This document shows, in pieces, positions 31,501-40,925 of a DNA stretch of 64,000 nucleotides (position 1 is the first letter of the stretch; each line of letters starts with the position of its first letter). The stretch covers positions 12,607 through 76,606 of the IMG/VR virus record IMGVR_UViG_3300023179_009086; one strand, 5' to 3'. Source of the stretch: a virus. Below the pieces are notes generated by a model that was given only the letters and a program-made list of their open reading frames with translations, searched no databases and was not told the DNA's origin. The translations under genes were made by a program, and so were the position numbers.

Positions 31501-34500
31501 AAAATGATTCTGAAATTTCTGGAGTCTGTTCTGTAAATTTTTGAATTAAATTTTCAAAAGAAGAAATTACAGGACCTCGAGAAAATGCTTCAAGAGTACC
31601 TTGTAATGCTTTTCTGTAAATTTCTCTATCAGTATTTTGTAAAAATTTTGTAAAAAATGGAATTTTAGTTAATAATCCAAAATTATTTTTTAGCGAATCT
31701 CTTAAAGCACCATATTTATAAGTAACATAATATGTTTCAGATTCTAAAATAGAATTATTAATTTGCCAATTAATTTCATTATCACCATATTCATATGAAA
31801 CAACTAGATTATCTGTAGTTGCTGTATAATTATAATAAATTGAACCAGAAGTATACCATGTTGCTAATCTTGTGCCTGGTAATGGAATAAAATCATTTAA
31901 ATAAGTAATTTGAATTAAATCATAATTATTAATTAAACATTCTTCTGAAATATTAATATTAACATTAGATCCTACTTCTGTTATATTAATTTCATTAACA
32001 ATTTTAGCCACACCAATAGTAGGTAATATATATCCAGAAATATCCGGAAGGTTAGAAACAGTTGTTTCTCCGGTAAATATATCATAACTTAAAATTTTAA
32101 ATTTTAAACCAATACTATCTTTTACATAATCATTTAATAAATTAATATTTAAATCAACATCTAAATAAATTAAACTTTCAGTATTTAAATCTTCAACATT
32201 ATAAATTTCTGTATTAAATTTTAAACCATCTAAAGTTTGATCTGATATTTCTAAATTTAAAGTTAAATTTTTAATACTATAAATAAATCCAAAATTTTCT
32301 TTTGGAATAGAAAAAGTATAACCAAAATTATTTTTTGCTTTAAAATTTTTATTATTTTTTAAATCCAAATAGTTATTAATAATATTAAAACTAGGTAAAT
32401 ATAAATTTTTACCATTATCAACAATAGATTCTAAGGCATCAGATTTAGAACTTGCTTTTTCTCGATAATTAAAATTTAAAGAATTAGAACCAAAAATAGA
32501 ACTTAATTCATATAATCCATAAAATAAAGTAGGGGTTAATCTTGTATAAATTAAATAATCTTCTGTAATTATATTTGTTTCTATTTCATTATTATTAAAA
32601 TCTAAAACGGTAGTTTCATTTGGCAATTCAAAACAAGAATTTAAATTTTTAATATAAATACCATTATTTATAGAAGTTTTATCAGTTAAATAAAAATAAT
32701 CTTTATCTGAAGAAACTTTCTTTCTATAAATACCATTACATGTAATAATATTAACATTATCCGATATTATTTTAGCATGTTCGTAAGAAGCATAACCTAA
32801 ATCTATATCATAATTTAAACCTACAGAAACATGTATAATTCCATTATTATAATCAACAATATAATCGCCAATATTTTGTAAATTAGCTAAAGCTATTGTA
32901 TTTATAGATAAATTTTCTTGATTTTTAATTAATTTAGATTTAGTAGAAGAATAAAATTCATTATCTGTAAAAAAATATTTTTCATTAATAAAGTTTTTTT
33001 CATTTAAAATTAATGATGAATCAACAAAAGTTCCAATTGCATCATTTTTTTGATTTAAAATATTTTTATTATTTAATTGTATTGAAAGGCAATATATTCC
33101 AATATAATATTCTTGATTTAAAATGGGTAAATCAGAAGAACTTGTTAAAGCAAAAGAATTTATATTTTCATTACCATCTGGATCTGCAAAAAATTTAATA
33201 TTCATATTTTGAACTTCACCATTGATATCTTTTAAAAGATATTCAGAGGAGTTCAAATTAATTAAATGAGAAGGAATAGGTGGACTAATAATAATATTAT
33301 TAAGACTTAAATTATTTGTTATTTTAAATTTAAAAATAGAATTTAAAAATTTAAAATAAGGAAATATTTTTTCATTTTGTATTTTATCAAAATTTGGAAT
33401 ACTGTTATTTATAGAAGAAAATTTTGGAGGATTTAAACCAGAAAATGTTATTTCATTTTTATAAAATGAAATAGGCTGATAAGTTTCTCCAGTTGTCTGA
33501 TTATATACAGAAAATACTTTAGTAATTGGTGCATTCTTTGTTTTTAAAGTATAAGTTGATAATAAATTTGATTCAACTTGTTCATTTAAAACTTCAATAT
33601 GTATTTCTGGTTTATAATCAATATTTTCAACAAATTGTTGTTGATAACTAAAAGATATTGTTGCAATATTTTGCTGCAAAGATCTCCCAGAAGTTGCAAC
33701 AAAATCATTATTATCAGTATAATAATCTAAATCTTTAGTATAAGTTTTTCTATAGAAATAATTAACATAGTATTGATAACTACTAGTTCCAAAAAGATTT
33801 TTATCTCCAAAAACAATTACTTCTCCAGTTTGATAATTGACAGTATATTCACCAGATGAAGATGGTAATTTGGAAGTATTAAATGGAATTTCATATAAAA
33901 ATATATTTCCATCTATACCATTAATTGAAAGATCTCCTATAGTTCCAAGTTCTCCAGATTCATTTGTAATTGGTGCATTTTTTAAAAAAAATCTTGTTGA
34001 TTCTTGTGGAATTGATTCATAAGAAACTTTTTCAATATTATAAACTAAAATAGAATCTATATTAATTTTTTCAGAAAAATCTTTATACAAATAAGAAATT
34101 TTAATTAAATCACCAGGAGATGGAAGAATAAACCCAGATGATTCAGATAATAAAATTTGATTAGAATTTAAAGAATTATAAGAAAAAGCTCTTTTTGGAT
34201 CATATCTATTATCTTTAATAGAATAATTTAATTTTTCAATATTATAAATATATTCAGTTTGTTCACATAAAGCTGTTGCTTCTTTAATTATTGATAAACT
34301 TTCTAATTTAATAATATTATTTTTTTCTAATGTTAATAAATATCCTGAAATATTTGTATTTAAATTACTAAAAATAATTTCTTCTGAATAAAATTCTTGT
34401 TGTAATGAAATTGGATAATCTGAAACAATTTTTTGAGATAATATTTTAGAATTAGAATTAAAATATAATTCCTTAAAAATTAAATTCCGACCGGCCGGGA

Positions 34501-35065
34501 ACTTTGAGATAGATTCAACCATATAAGCATTTTCATGTGCCAATCGATCTTTAGCACCTGCACCCCTAATTCTGAATTCATCCTCTACTCTTACAGAAAT
34601 ATAGTTATCAGAAAGAGCTTCACCAATATGTTTTTCTACTTGATAAAGCTCTTCTGCTCCCACAGATAAAATATTTTTAAGATTAGAACCATCTAGATTA
34701 TAAGTCTTTGGTAGATTCAAAAAAATTCTATCTCTGATTGGATTATAAGAATCTGAACCTACAAAGTAGATAGATCTACTGATATCATCATTAGCCAACT
34801 GGTCGCCATCTTCAGCTAAAAATTTAATCTGATCTGTGTCTTTTAAAGTTAATAAATAAAGATTTCCAGAAACTTGTGGATTAGTTGTTAATAATATAGA
34901 AGTATCAGAAACAAATACATTTAATATTTTTATAGCATCTTCTAGTCCAACGGAAGAGTTTACTTCAAAGTTATCTACAGTAATTAATGTAGATAATTTT
35001 TTATTAAAACCTATTTCTAATTGGGTAGATGATATTACCTGTAATGTATTTGGTCTTAAAGCCAT
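25586..35065 (-). CDS. giant baseplate wedge protein (gpI/gp7-like) with Ig-like and LamG/concanavalin-like domains
   Basis: Follows gpJ. YRKALQG...RGP segment and C-terminal LKPSHT motif of gpI-like proteins. LamG motifs GTIEFW, WHKVSAAW, IYIGS, IDNFRIS. Confidence 0.7.
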   Translation of the reverse strand: MALRPNTLQVISSTQLEIGFNKKLSTLITVDNFEVNSSVGLEDAIKILNVFVSDTSILLTTNPQVSGNLYLLTLKDTDQIKFLAEDGDQLANDDISRSIYFVGSDSYNPIRDRIFLNLPKTYNLDGSNLKNILSVGAEELYQVEKHIGEALSDNYISVRVEDEFRIRGAGAKDRLAHENAYMVESISKFPAGRNLIFKELYFNSNSKILSQKIVSDYPISLQQEFYSEEIIFSNLNTNISGYLLTLEKNNIIKLESLSIIKEATALCEQTEYIYNIEKLNYSIKDNRYDPKRAFSYNSLNSNQILLSESSGFILPSPGDLIKISYLYKDFSEKINIDSILVYNIEKVSYESIPQESTRFFLKNAPITNESGELGTIGDLSINGIDGNIFLYEIPFNTSKLPSSSGEYTVNYQTGEVIVFGDKNLFGTSSYQYYVNYFYRKTYTKDLDYYTDNNDFVATSGRSLQQNIATISFSYQQQFVENIDYKPEIHIEVLNEQVESNLLSTYTLKTKNAPITKVFSVYNQTTGETYQPISFYKNEITFSGLNPPKFSSINNSIPNFDKIQNEKIFPYFKFLNSIFKFKITNNLSLNNIIISPPIPSHLINLNSSEYLLKDINGEVQNMNIKFFADPDGNENINSFALTSSSDLPILNQEYYIGIYCLSIQLNNKNILNQKNDAIGTFVDSSLILNEKNFINEKYFFTDNEFYSSTKSKLIKNQENLSINTIALANLQNIGDYIVDYNNGIIHVSVGLNYDIDLGYASYEHAKIISDNVNIITCNGIYRKKVSSDKDYFYLTDKTSINNGIYIKNLNSCFELPNETTVLDFNNNEIETNIITEDYLIYTRLTPTLFYGLYELSSIFGSNSLNFNYREKASSKSDALESIVDNGKNLYLPSFNIINNYLDLKNNKNFKAKNNFGYTFSIPKENFGFIYSIKNLTLNLEISDQTLDGLKFNTEIYNVEDLNTESLIYLDVDLNINLLNDYVKDSIGLKFKILSYDIFTGETTVSNLPDISGYILPTIGVAKIVNEINITEVGSNVNINISEECLINNYDLIQITYLNDFIPLPGTRLATWYTSGSIYYNYTATTDNLVVSYEYGDNEINWQINNSILESETYYVTYKYGALRDSLKNNFGLLTKIPFFTKFLQNTDREIYRKALQGTLEAFSRGPVISSFENLIQKFTEQTPEISESFFGSWILGRDLLNPGNIEYNGILKFESGKFDSGVLIDNDVVITTPAKTGINLDEGTFSCWIRNDWHGINNDANLTFDFSKMAEIYFNLKFNSNIFKDQNFELFMSDDRYGITDWTGNNLSLYNYQYIENEEKIGPFGITKYHDRLNSSKFSKHSISFSATLTGSSASLSSFYRNDSGMLAERLSTLGMGGFISGLPVSSRGFLGDGLEIFLSYYSSPFVFSVGDENKVLLIAGALSPIINSETDKIYILKIKDENISQNETPNFDGPYIIKNCNCITYDDISSLELFRDENFNKIKITLTEEINISYLSEKFNILNDKINGCKYVLEDGRVYSIISFIDINENEIDFIPDDGNIYGFYVNRIPDNQQYITQLGSEVINSTRPSGNGIILTPVISIIREKFNSEYLYNFDPRPILVNFTSEELNLDIFRQPILNQVNLKINNYNFNIAYSDLLSAGQYSELFDFLNLNSWFNSEYNLNSEIDGISDLNNKIFIGCLDPVVKNKINISKFNYLIEEGLSLSNIYIGSGKSNPNNFIFTLNKDSKNVYGIPDINTDNKSIYIWFDENCKVDENNVGSWKIKSVIPNQSIVSIGPDGYALDGYNIEYESIELKDYIEGKITTDGGFSYAKSMLDDSECPIDSCDAKYRFCGQSLLENGGWKSIYNFGSDLINTIIGGTEHNINNWKKVGNFNTSLISNVYRINNIEDSNSYLYLPLNCIQDLQYEISFKVLDFDSNIIGSNSGKFSGNITGNLIGTTITEIFDGNKDIKISLAASSSQKYLAIIDGISKDILDLIPFNWADNNFYNLQVVINKYDNLITIYYKNNIISRIKYSTFNQYTYNCDNIIENGIYIKFNDKDIVSDNFIDLYNQISIDIDYIELNLNSSKIDTNLEDTDKLLIQTNLIDFKFYNKADGYLDAYGYMESGSDIDTLVLVSDLERYIFDSGEDLYQNRISIYKDFYGYLNFRIYDSLFKKDKNFYNISSNIKDFLPGEFHHIGASWRINTEYQQDEMHLFIDGKETPSLYRFGGYLSPWRDAKVGDIARDVIQDFSETKISYYEVYNDGQILAGENYLYSLSSSFTNDDIGKTIIIKNGNLASELNNKAFVIGSVDNKTIYLLDIENLTPYYFTTSATNIEFYRPPNIFGNQLNTIFSSTKFEIYQTDCQKVTTELGGVLYTVDNNLISIVENNVINPKYRINLNNGNIDFLYQDIDCNWVPSIEVSDLDIWIENFGLNKSKISEKINYSSNSILGPEYLNEVSGFITNMSKPIDLKSVKIKRILLDDTIPSGSLNENIFSFEINNNLDTSSIYQILNYGRLISIKFESDNINYCKDGYSDDNYLYIEGETSEGFASEYLSIVDNKIYQLINFYTKITKVSGNFKLIDIDYEPLVFSIFESDNITDENNNGDYAEIYKYSNGVFYITTYGSNGQVEYKLPSGSYLFEYPSYLKIKLPRVGEKIFLGSDILGNKKLGGLLDEVKIITEMSGDIRSYQSASTFARNITEEYISNKKPCLDEQTIFLSHFDDPFDLQIRRLRNKIFLNTKDNFKYKLNANDLELLSNFINNKIKFISEMKKLGYTDSIANETYVEAHRAEGGPLFNEAKYASNNELIVGYNSVNNNFKYSGKFYNTNPIFYSAPNIFDKNIGTIEFWISPLLSSDTDNKRRVIFDSYNVKTAFITPSSTSIIELPTSAEKIISITLPQKKDSLIYETNRYDEIFRSKISGRLEGGTGVFNNFASGATLKKDGKIIYLKTKLISNDPVIVKYFEKSSNESRIQIYFENQKIYFKISNKYFESFVYQPIDWISNSWHKVSAAWKINTGNDYLKLAIDGLTNSSSVLNGIISITDSLEQIYIGSRYDGFNSCLSRIDNFRISKNDRLQIKDSSGNYLDLNYSANLNTILPVKEDLYTSYINDFEIFENNNNYVTITDLIRGIYEFDIEVVDDFGKINSSEIEDLIVYLVNRLKPSHTNVLVKFKRKAC

Positions 35066-35072
35066 TTTTGCC

Positions 35073-38000
35073 CTAATTAATTCTAAATTTATCTTTTGAA
35101 ACTGCGTTTATAATAATTGTACCAGGAATAATAGTCTGATTCTCTAAGGCATAAATAAAAGCTTTTCTTCCAGTTTCACCAGACTTATTAAATAAAGAAA
35201 TATTAACTGAATCTACGCCTCTTACTCCTGCGGCAATAGAAGAAACATCAGAATAATCAACTCTTGATCCTAGCGAATTAGTAGTTAATAAACCAGTAAT
35301 TGCTGTAATAACATTTTGTTCTATAGAAGTTGCTTCTGTTAAAAAATCATCATTTATTAAAATAGTTCCAGATACATCTACTGATATTGCAAAAGCCTCT
35401 TTTACTAAAACATCTGCAGTAATTGGTCTAGAAGCCTCAACTGCTTGGGTTGCATCAATAACAAGTCTATTTAAATTATATGTAATTTGCAATCTTTCTC
35501 CATTTTTTGGAGCCAAAAATGAATAATCAACATTATAATTTGTAAAAGAAATTGGCTGAGTAAAGGCTGTAGCTTCAAGCGTTCCTTTTAAAATTCCAGA
35601 TGCATTTTTAAAACCATTTAAAATTGATATAGAGTTAATTCTTCCAAAAATATTATTTGTAATTTTTACTCCAGAAGTTCTAGCATAAATATCTTCTTGC
35701 TCATTGGTATTAAAAATTTGACAAGATACGATAATGGTATCGCCAGAGTTAAATGAAATAGGATTATTAGAATGAGATGGTATAGAAAATTTTAAAGATG
35801 ATAACAAAGAATCTTTAGAAGATCTATTTTGATCATATAAATTATTTAATAATCCATAACCGTGAATATCCAAATCATAAGAAACGCCACCTGATAAGTA
35901 AGAAGCTTTATCTATTTTTGCAATACCATATGTATCTGGAATTGAAGATATATTTAATTTTGATGATAAAGCATTTGTAATGTCAATAATATTACCATTA
36001 GTATTAATTCCAGATATTTCTAAATTATATCTATTAAAAGAAATGCCTTGTACTTTTATTTTTCCTGGATTAGTGATCGAAGAAAATACAAATCTTAACT
36101 GAGCCGGACCATATCTAAATACAGAAGATGGTATTGAATTAATAAAATTAAAATCAATTGGTTGATTTAAAATATCTATAGTTCCACCAATGCTGATTAA
36201 TGTATTGGCATTGGCAATAGATTGAATAGGCAAATTAACTAAATCTGTTTGAGAAATTAAAAAGTCTATTTTAGAAACATAAGAAACATAAATAGGTGAT
36301 TGGTTTGCAAATAAACTATCGACTAAAGTATTAATACCCTGAGCGTCTCTAGCCTGCTCACTTGGAAGAGTAATTATATTATTGGAAAAAGTTCCATCGG
36401 TCCCTTCAAAGTTATATAATTCTATTTTATTATAGAAAACTTCAACAGCCTCACCGGCAGAGCCCATAGAATCTGTAGGTAGAATAATTTTTTTCCCAAT
36501 AATACTACCATTATTTAATGTTGTATTATATAATTCTAAACTATCAGAAGATCTTCTAATAGAAATTACATTATTAATTGTTTCATTAAGAACTGATAAA
36601 TCTACACCAAAACTTTCTACTCCATTTACTGTAATAATTGATATTATTGAGTTTATAGAAGATTCAGTCCAAATAGAAGCAATAGAAGTAATATTATTTA
36701 ATATTTCAACTTGATACTCTAAAGCGTCATTACTTAATGTAATTAAAGATTCTTCTTTAAAGATACCATTAGGAGTAGTCCAATCTATAACATCATTACT
36801 AGATCTTGTTTTATAAACAGATATATTGTCATATCCTGCAAAATCAACGGCAGGATCAAAATATTTTCTCCAAATATAATTAACAGAAATTACATCAGAT
36901 GGAGTAGGTAGTTGTCTACCAGAAATTGTAATTTGTCCGTCCATATTAAGACCAGTTTTTTCATCAAAATTTTGATCAGAAATAATATAAACTTCACCAG
37001 TAGTTAAATTTTGTACTCGGCTAACTCTAATAACTGGTTTGTGAATAAGATTTATAATATTTCTATTAGTTTTATTAACAAATGAAGCTTCATTAGTTTC
37101 TGAAATATCTAAATAAACATATTCTAAATTATTTATATCTGTAAAATTTAAAGAATCAATACTATTAATTGTACCTTTAGAAATTGATTCTCCAAGAACT
37201 TTTTTAGATCCAGAGATAAAATGAATTTTATCATAACCAAATGGACTTCCGCCAACACTATCTGAGACATCTTTTATTAGTTCAAAATTTCCAATTGTTT
37301 CACCATATTGGTTAATATATTTTTGAACTAGCTCTCCAGATTGACTACCTGTAATTGAAATTACATTGCTGACCGGTTGAAGTGGTAAATTATTATTTTT
37401 TAAAGCTAAAAATCTTCTTTCTTCTATTGTTCTAGTTAAATCTTGATTTTGTTGTCCAAGAACATAGTCATTTTCCTCTCGAGTGGGATCTCCTTTTCCA
37501 GATAGATCTGTAAAAATATATGATTCAGAAATTGATTCAGTTTTAGTTCCAAGAACATAAATATCTACTTTTCCACCATTTCCTGAATTTAAAATTCTAG
37601 TTCCACCGTCAGAAGTTGCTATAGTTTCAGTTCCATCTCTTAACATAAGAGAGCTTCCTGGTTCCACTACAATAGCATCTTGAATTCCATTCAATGATAA
37701 AACTGCATTTCTATAACCAGCACTAGTTCCAATATTTGCCCCACTGAATATAGACAAAATTCTAGATCTAAATCCATCATCTCCTTCGCGATTTTGACCG
37801 CCAGAAAATGAAGATAGATTTGTTACAACTAATCCATTAAGATTGACATCCAAAGAAATCATTTGAAGGGAAGAGATATTTCCGGCAGTACCAATTCTTG
37901 TACATTGAACTGGAACTTCCAAAGCATAATTAGCAGTTATACCAGCTAAATTTAAAGATTTTTTTAATCTATTAGCATTAGCACTCAACCTGCCCTTATC

Positions 38001-38384
38001 TCCAACGGACATGGAATAATTTCCAAGAGTTTTATAAGTTAGACCATTTCTAGAAGTTGCTGTAGTACCAGTTGGAATTGGAATATCTGAAGATAAATTA
38101 TTTGTACAAATAACAATAAATCCAGAAGCTGGAGATCCAGTTTTTCTACCTATACCAAAATTACTAGCCAATAAATCTAAATCTTGACCAGAAGAAGATG
38201 CTAAAGATTGTTTTTGAGATACAACGTTTAAAACATTGTAAAATCTAGCAATTTGGTCAGCTGGAAGATCAATAAAAAGATCTCTAGAAACACTTCCAGG
38301 CTTGGTATCTAAATTTGGTTGGCTAATTTTAAGCCTTTCAATCATAGAATTTACGATATCACTAAAACCTCTAGAACTAGCCAT
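35073..38384 (-). CDS. baseplate J / gp6-like wedge protein
   Basis: PGSVSRDL, GQDLDLLASNFGIGRK, VQC...GTAGN, GGQNREGDDGFRSR, G.VDIYV, GVDSV. Confidence 0.9.
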   Translation of the reverse strand: MASSRGFSDIVNSMIERLKISQPNLDTKPGSVSRDLFIDLPADQIARFYNVLNVVSQKQSLASSSGQDLDLLASNFGIGRKTGSPASGFIVICTNNLSSDIPIPTGTTATSRNGLTYKTLGNYSMSVGDKGRLSANANRLKKSLNLAGITANYALEVPVQCTRIGTAGNISSLQMISLDVNLNGLVVTNLSSFSGGQNREGDDGFRSRILSIFSGANIGTSAGYRNAVLSLNGIQDAIVVEPGSSLMLRDGTETIATSDGGTRILNSGNGGKVDIYVLGTKTESISESYIFTDLSGKGDPTREENDYVLGQQNQDLTRTIEERRFLALKNNNLPLQPVSNVISITGSQSGELVQKYINQYGETIGNFELIKDVSDSVGGSPFGYDKIHFISGSKKVLGESISKGTINSIDSLNFTDINNLEYVYLDISETNEASFVNKTNRNIINLIHKPVIRVSRVQNLTTGEVYIISDQNFDEKTGLNMDGQITISGRQLPTPSDVISVNYIWRKYFDPAVDFAGYDNISVYKTRSSNDVIDWTTPNGIFKEESLITLSNDALEYQVEILNNITSIASIWTESSINSIISIITVNGVESFGVDLSVLNETINNVISIRRSSDSLELYNTTLNNGSIIGKKIILPTDSMGSAGEAVEVFYNKIELYNFEGTDGTFSNNIITLPSEQARDAQGINTLVDSLFANQSPIYVSYVSKIDFLISQTDLVNLPIQSIANANTLISIGGTIDILNQPIDFNFINSIPSSVFRYGPAQLRFVFSSITNPGKIKVQGISFNRYNLEISGINTNGNIIDITNALSSKLNISSIPDTYGIAKIDKASYLSGGVSYDLDIHGYGLLNNLYDQNRSSKDSLLSSLKFSIPSHSNNPISFNSGDTIIVSCQIFNTNEQEDIYARTSGVKITNNIFGRINSISILNGFKNASGILKGTLEATAFTQPISFTNYNVDYSFLAPKNGERLQITYNLNRLVIDATQAVEASRPITADVLVKEAFAISVDVSGTILINDDFLTEATSIEQNVITAITGLLTTNSLGSRVDYSDVSSIAAGVRGVDSVNISLFNKSGETGRKAFIYALENQTIIPGTIIINAVSKDKFRIN

Positions 38385-38394
38385 AAAATACCTC

Positions 38395-38823
38395 TTACAT
38401 TAACCTAATAGTAATATTATCAAAAACTTCTGTCAATTGCTGGGTTAGAACAGATATTCTTAAATTATATAATCTTGGATCTACATTATCTCTTAAAACA
38501 CCAATATCTAAAACAGAGACTATAACTTCTGCCGGAGATAAAGTTTGAGATCTTGCTTGTCTTTTCTGCATAGCAATTAGTCCGTTTATTGCAGATAAAG
38601 CAGTATTTTTTATTTCTGCTTCTGTTAATTTAAAATCTGTAGATCCAATTTCTATTTGTCCCAATCCACTGCCATATCCTGGATGATACTTATTATCACC
38701 ATAAGCAGTTAATAAAATTTTAATAATATCTTGTCTTAATTTTTGATTTCCAGAGACCGTAACAATATATCCAGAATTATCTATCTGCAAATCACCTTTA
38801 AAAATTTTTAAATCAAATGACAT
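38395..38823 (-). CDS. gp25/gpW-like sheath initiator
   Basis: 142 aa, LRQDIIKILLT..G...HPGYGS; sits directly before gpJ. Confidence 0.85.
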   Translation of the reverse strand: MSFDLKIFKGDLQIDNSGYIVTVSGNQKLRQDIIKILLTAYGDNKYHPGYGSGLGQIEIGSTDFKLTEAEIKNTALSAINGLIAMQKRQARSQTLSPAEVIVSVLDIGVLRDNVDPRLYNLRISVLTQQLTEVFDNITIRLM

Positions 38824-38888
38824 TTTTCAACCTAATTATCTATAGAAAAATAATAGATAAATATAGGTAAAATTATGCATTTAATTAT

Positions 38889-40925
38889 TTACCCCACCAA
38901 TAGTTCGACAAATAACTTATATACTGAATAAACTCTTTCTGTTAAAACATTAACAGCTTCTCCAATAGGAATTTCTGAAATTTGTCTTTTTCTTTCATCA
39001 TCAAAAGTATCAGGATTAACTTGAAGATACATCATATCTATTTGAGATTTAGTCATTAAAGAAATTAAATATTTTTCTTCAATTGTGAGCATAGCAATAA
39101 TTATTGCAATTAAATCGACAATTCCAACACCACTTCTGATTCCAATTATTACTTCTAAATCTTTAGCAACCCCACTTCCAACTGAGTTTTCAGTTTTTGC
39201 TTTTCTATCTTCTTGCTCAATTCTTTGATTGATATATTTTCTTGGAACTTGAACTAAATTTACCAAAGAAGACATAAGATAAGAATCAGGTATAGAGGAA
39301 TTGCGATTAATATCAGTTTGAAGATTAAGAGAATCTTGTTCAGAATCTTTAGTACCAAGCAATAACATTATAGAATCTTCAATAAGAGCATAATTATTTA
39401 AAATAACTCTTTCTTTAGAGAGTTCTCTATCAACTACTGGAACTGCTGATAGAACTGAAGATTTTGGATCATAGCAACTTCCAAAAAGACCTTTACCGGT
39501 TCTTCTTTGCGTTACAGAGATTTGTTCTATATTTTTTTTAGTACTTTCAGCTAAAGCTTCTAGTGTATCTAGCATTCTAATAATTAATAATGATTCTAAA
39601 TAACCTAAAAGCTCTCCAGAAACACTTGTTTGAGCTATTTGTTTACTATTATCTTCTCCTATTAAATAAGGTATGGCACTATCTTCGTAGGCTTTAGTTC
39701 CGGAAATAACATCTGTCCTTATTCTAATAATAGTTTCTAGCAAACTAGACTTTAAATAATTTCCATTAACTATTCTTTTTGTTATTGGTAAAAATGGTTC
39801 TGCAACAATTTTGTTTGAATCATTAATACATTTTGAAATTCTTCCATCTTTAACTAATGGAAAAAGTAATGAAGAATAACTATATATATTTTTTTCAATA
39901 TTATTTAAAGAAAGATCACTAGGTTCTTTTAAAATTAAATCATTATAAAGTTTATTTATATCATTAGAGTTTAAGAAATTAGAGGAATCTTCACTTATGT
40001 ACGCATAATAAATAAATAATAAATATCCAGTATAATTTGCTTTAAAAGTTTCTTGATTATTATCATAAAATTCTTTTGGGGTCTTAATAGACCAAGAAAT
40101 AGGATCTCCTCCACTTCTATCTTTTTGATAGATTTCCTCTACTTTTTGCAATAAATTTTTTCCATCTTCTATTTTTTTAGATAATAATGCTGATATATAA
40201 TTATTATATTTAGTTTCTAAATTTTGTATTACATCTTCGGAATTTTGATCGGCTTCTATTAGTTGATTAAGTATGTCTGAAAAAGTTTGTATTTCTGTAA
40301 CTGCTTCTTCAGAAAAATTTCTTTCTTTTCTTAAAAAATCTGCTGAACTTATATTAGTATCAACAAGATTAAAATGTGAAATTCCAGCGTTGCATCCAAT
40401 AGTGCTAAAAGCTTGTCTTATATCTAAATAAGAAGTATAAATATTTTCAGCATTAACTTTATTAGTTTGTAATATACCATTGCTATCAACTATTGATAAA
40501 GTTATTCCTTTAGTATCTTCATCTATATCTTCCCAAGATGGAAGCCCTAACATTCTAAAAAAAGCATTTTGATAACTTTCTAATGGCGTTGATTCATTAG
40601 ATATTTCTTCAAAAATGGTGCTTATTCCATCTGGATTATTAATTGTTGATGTAATAGCTTCAAAAATACTAGATGGTAAATAACTAGATCTTGTATCTTC
40701 AATTGATTTAATAAATGTATCAAATTCTGTATTAATTAAACTAAAAGCATATTTATAAAAATTTTTATTAGAATTATCTTGTTCATCTATATCTACGAAA
40801 GTCTCTGAAACATTAGCCTGAGCTTCTTTTAATATATTTATAAAACTAGATTCTTCTGATCCAAAAAGAAGATTGTTATCAGAAATAATTCCTATAATTT
40901 TATCAATATTTGCTTGAGAAGACAT
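38889..40925 (-). CDS. hypothetical virion protein (helical, with a C-terminal hydrophobic helix)
   Basis: Position within the baseplate module; TAATG-coupled to the upstream gene; GVGIVDLIAIIIAMLTI. Confidence 0.55.
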   Translation of the reverse strand: MSSQANIDKIIGIISDNNLLFGSEESSFINILKEAQANVSETFVDIDEQDNSNKNFYKYAFSLINTEFDTFIKSIEDTRSSYLPSSIFEAITSTINNPDGISTIFEEISNESTPLESYQNAFFRMLGLPSWEDIDEDTKGITLSIVDSNGILQTNKVNAENIYTSYLDIRQAFSTIGCNAGISHFNLVDTNISSADFLRKERNFSEEAVTEIQTFSDILNQLIEADQNSEDVIQNLETKYNNYISALLSKKIEDGKNLLQKVEEIYQKDRSGGDPISWSIKTPKEFYDNNQETFKANYTGYLLFIYYAYISEDSSNFLNSNDINKLYNDLILKEPSDLSLNNIEKNIYSYSSLLFPLVKDGRISKCINDSNKIVAEPFLPITKRIVNGNYLKSSLLETIIRIRTDVISGTKAYEDSAIPYLIGEDNSKQIAQTSVSGELLGYLESLLIIRMLDTLEALAESTKKNIEQISVTQRRTGKGLFGSCYDPKSSVLSAVPVVDRELSKERVILNNYALIEDSIMLLLGTKDSEQDSLNLQTDINRNSSIPDSYLMSSLVNLVQVPRKYINQRIEQEDRKAKTENSVGSGVAKDLEVIIGIRSGVGIVDLIAIIIAMLTIEEKYLISLMTKSQIDMMYLQVNPDTFDDERKRQISEIPIGEAVNVLTERVYSVYKLFVELLVG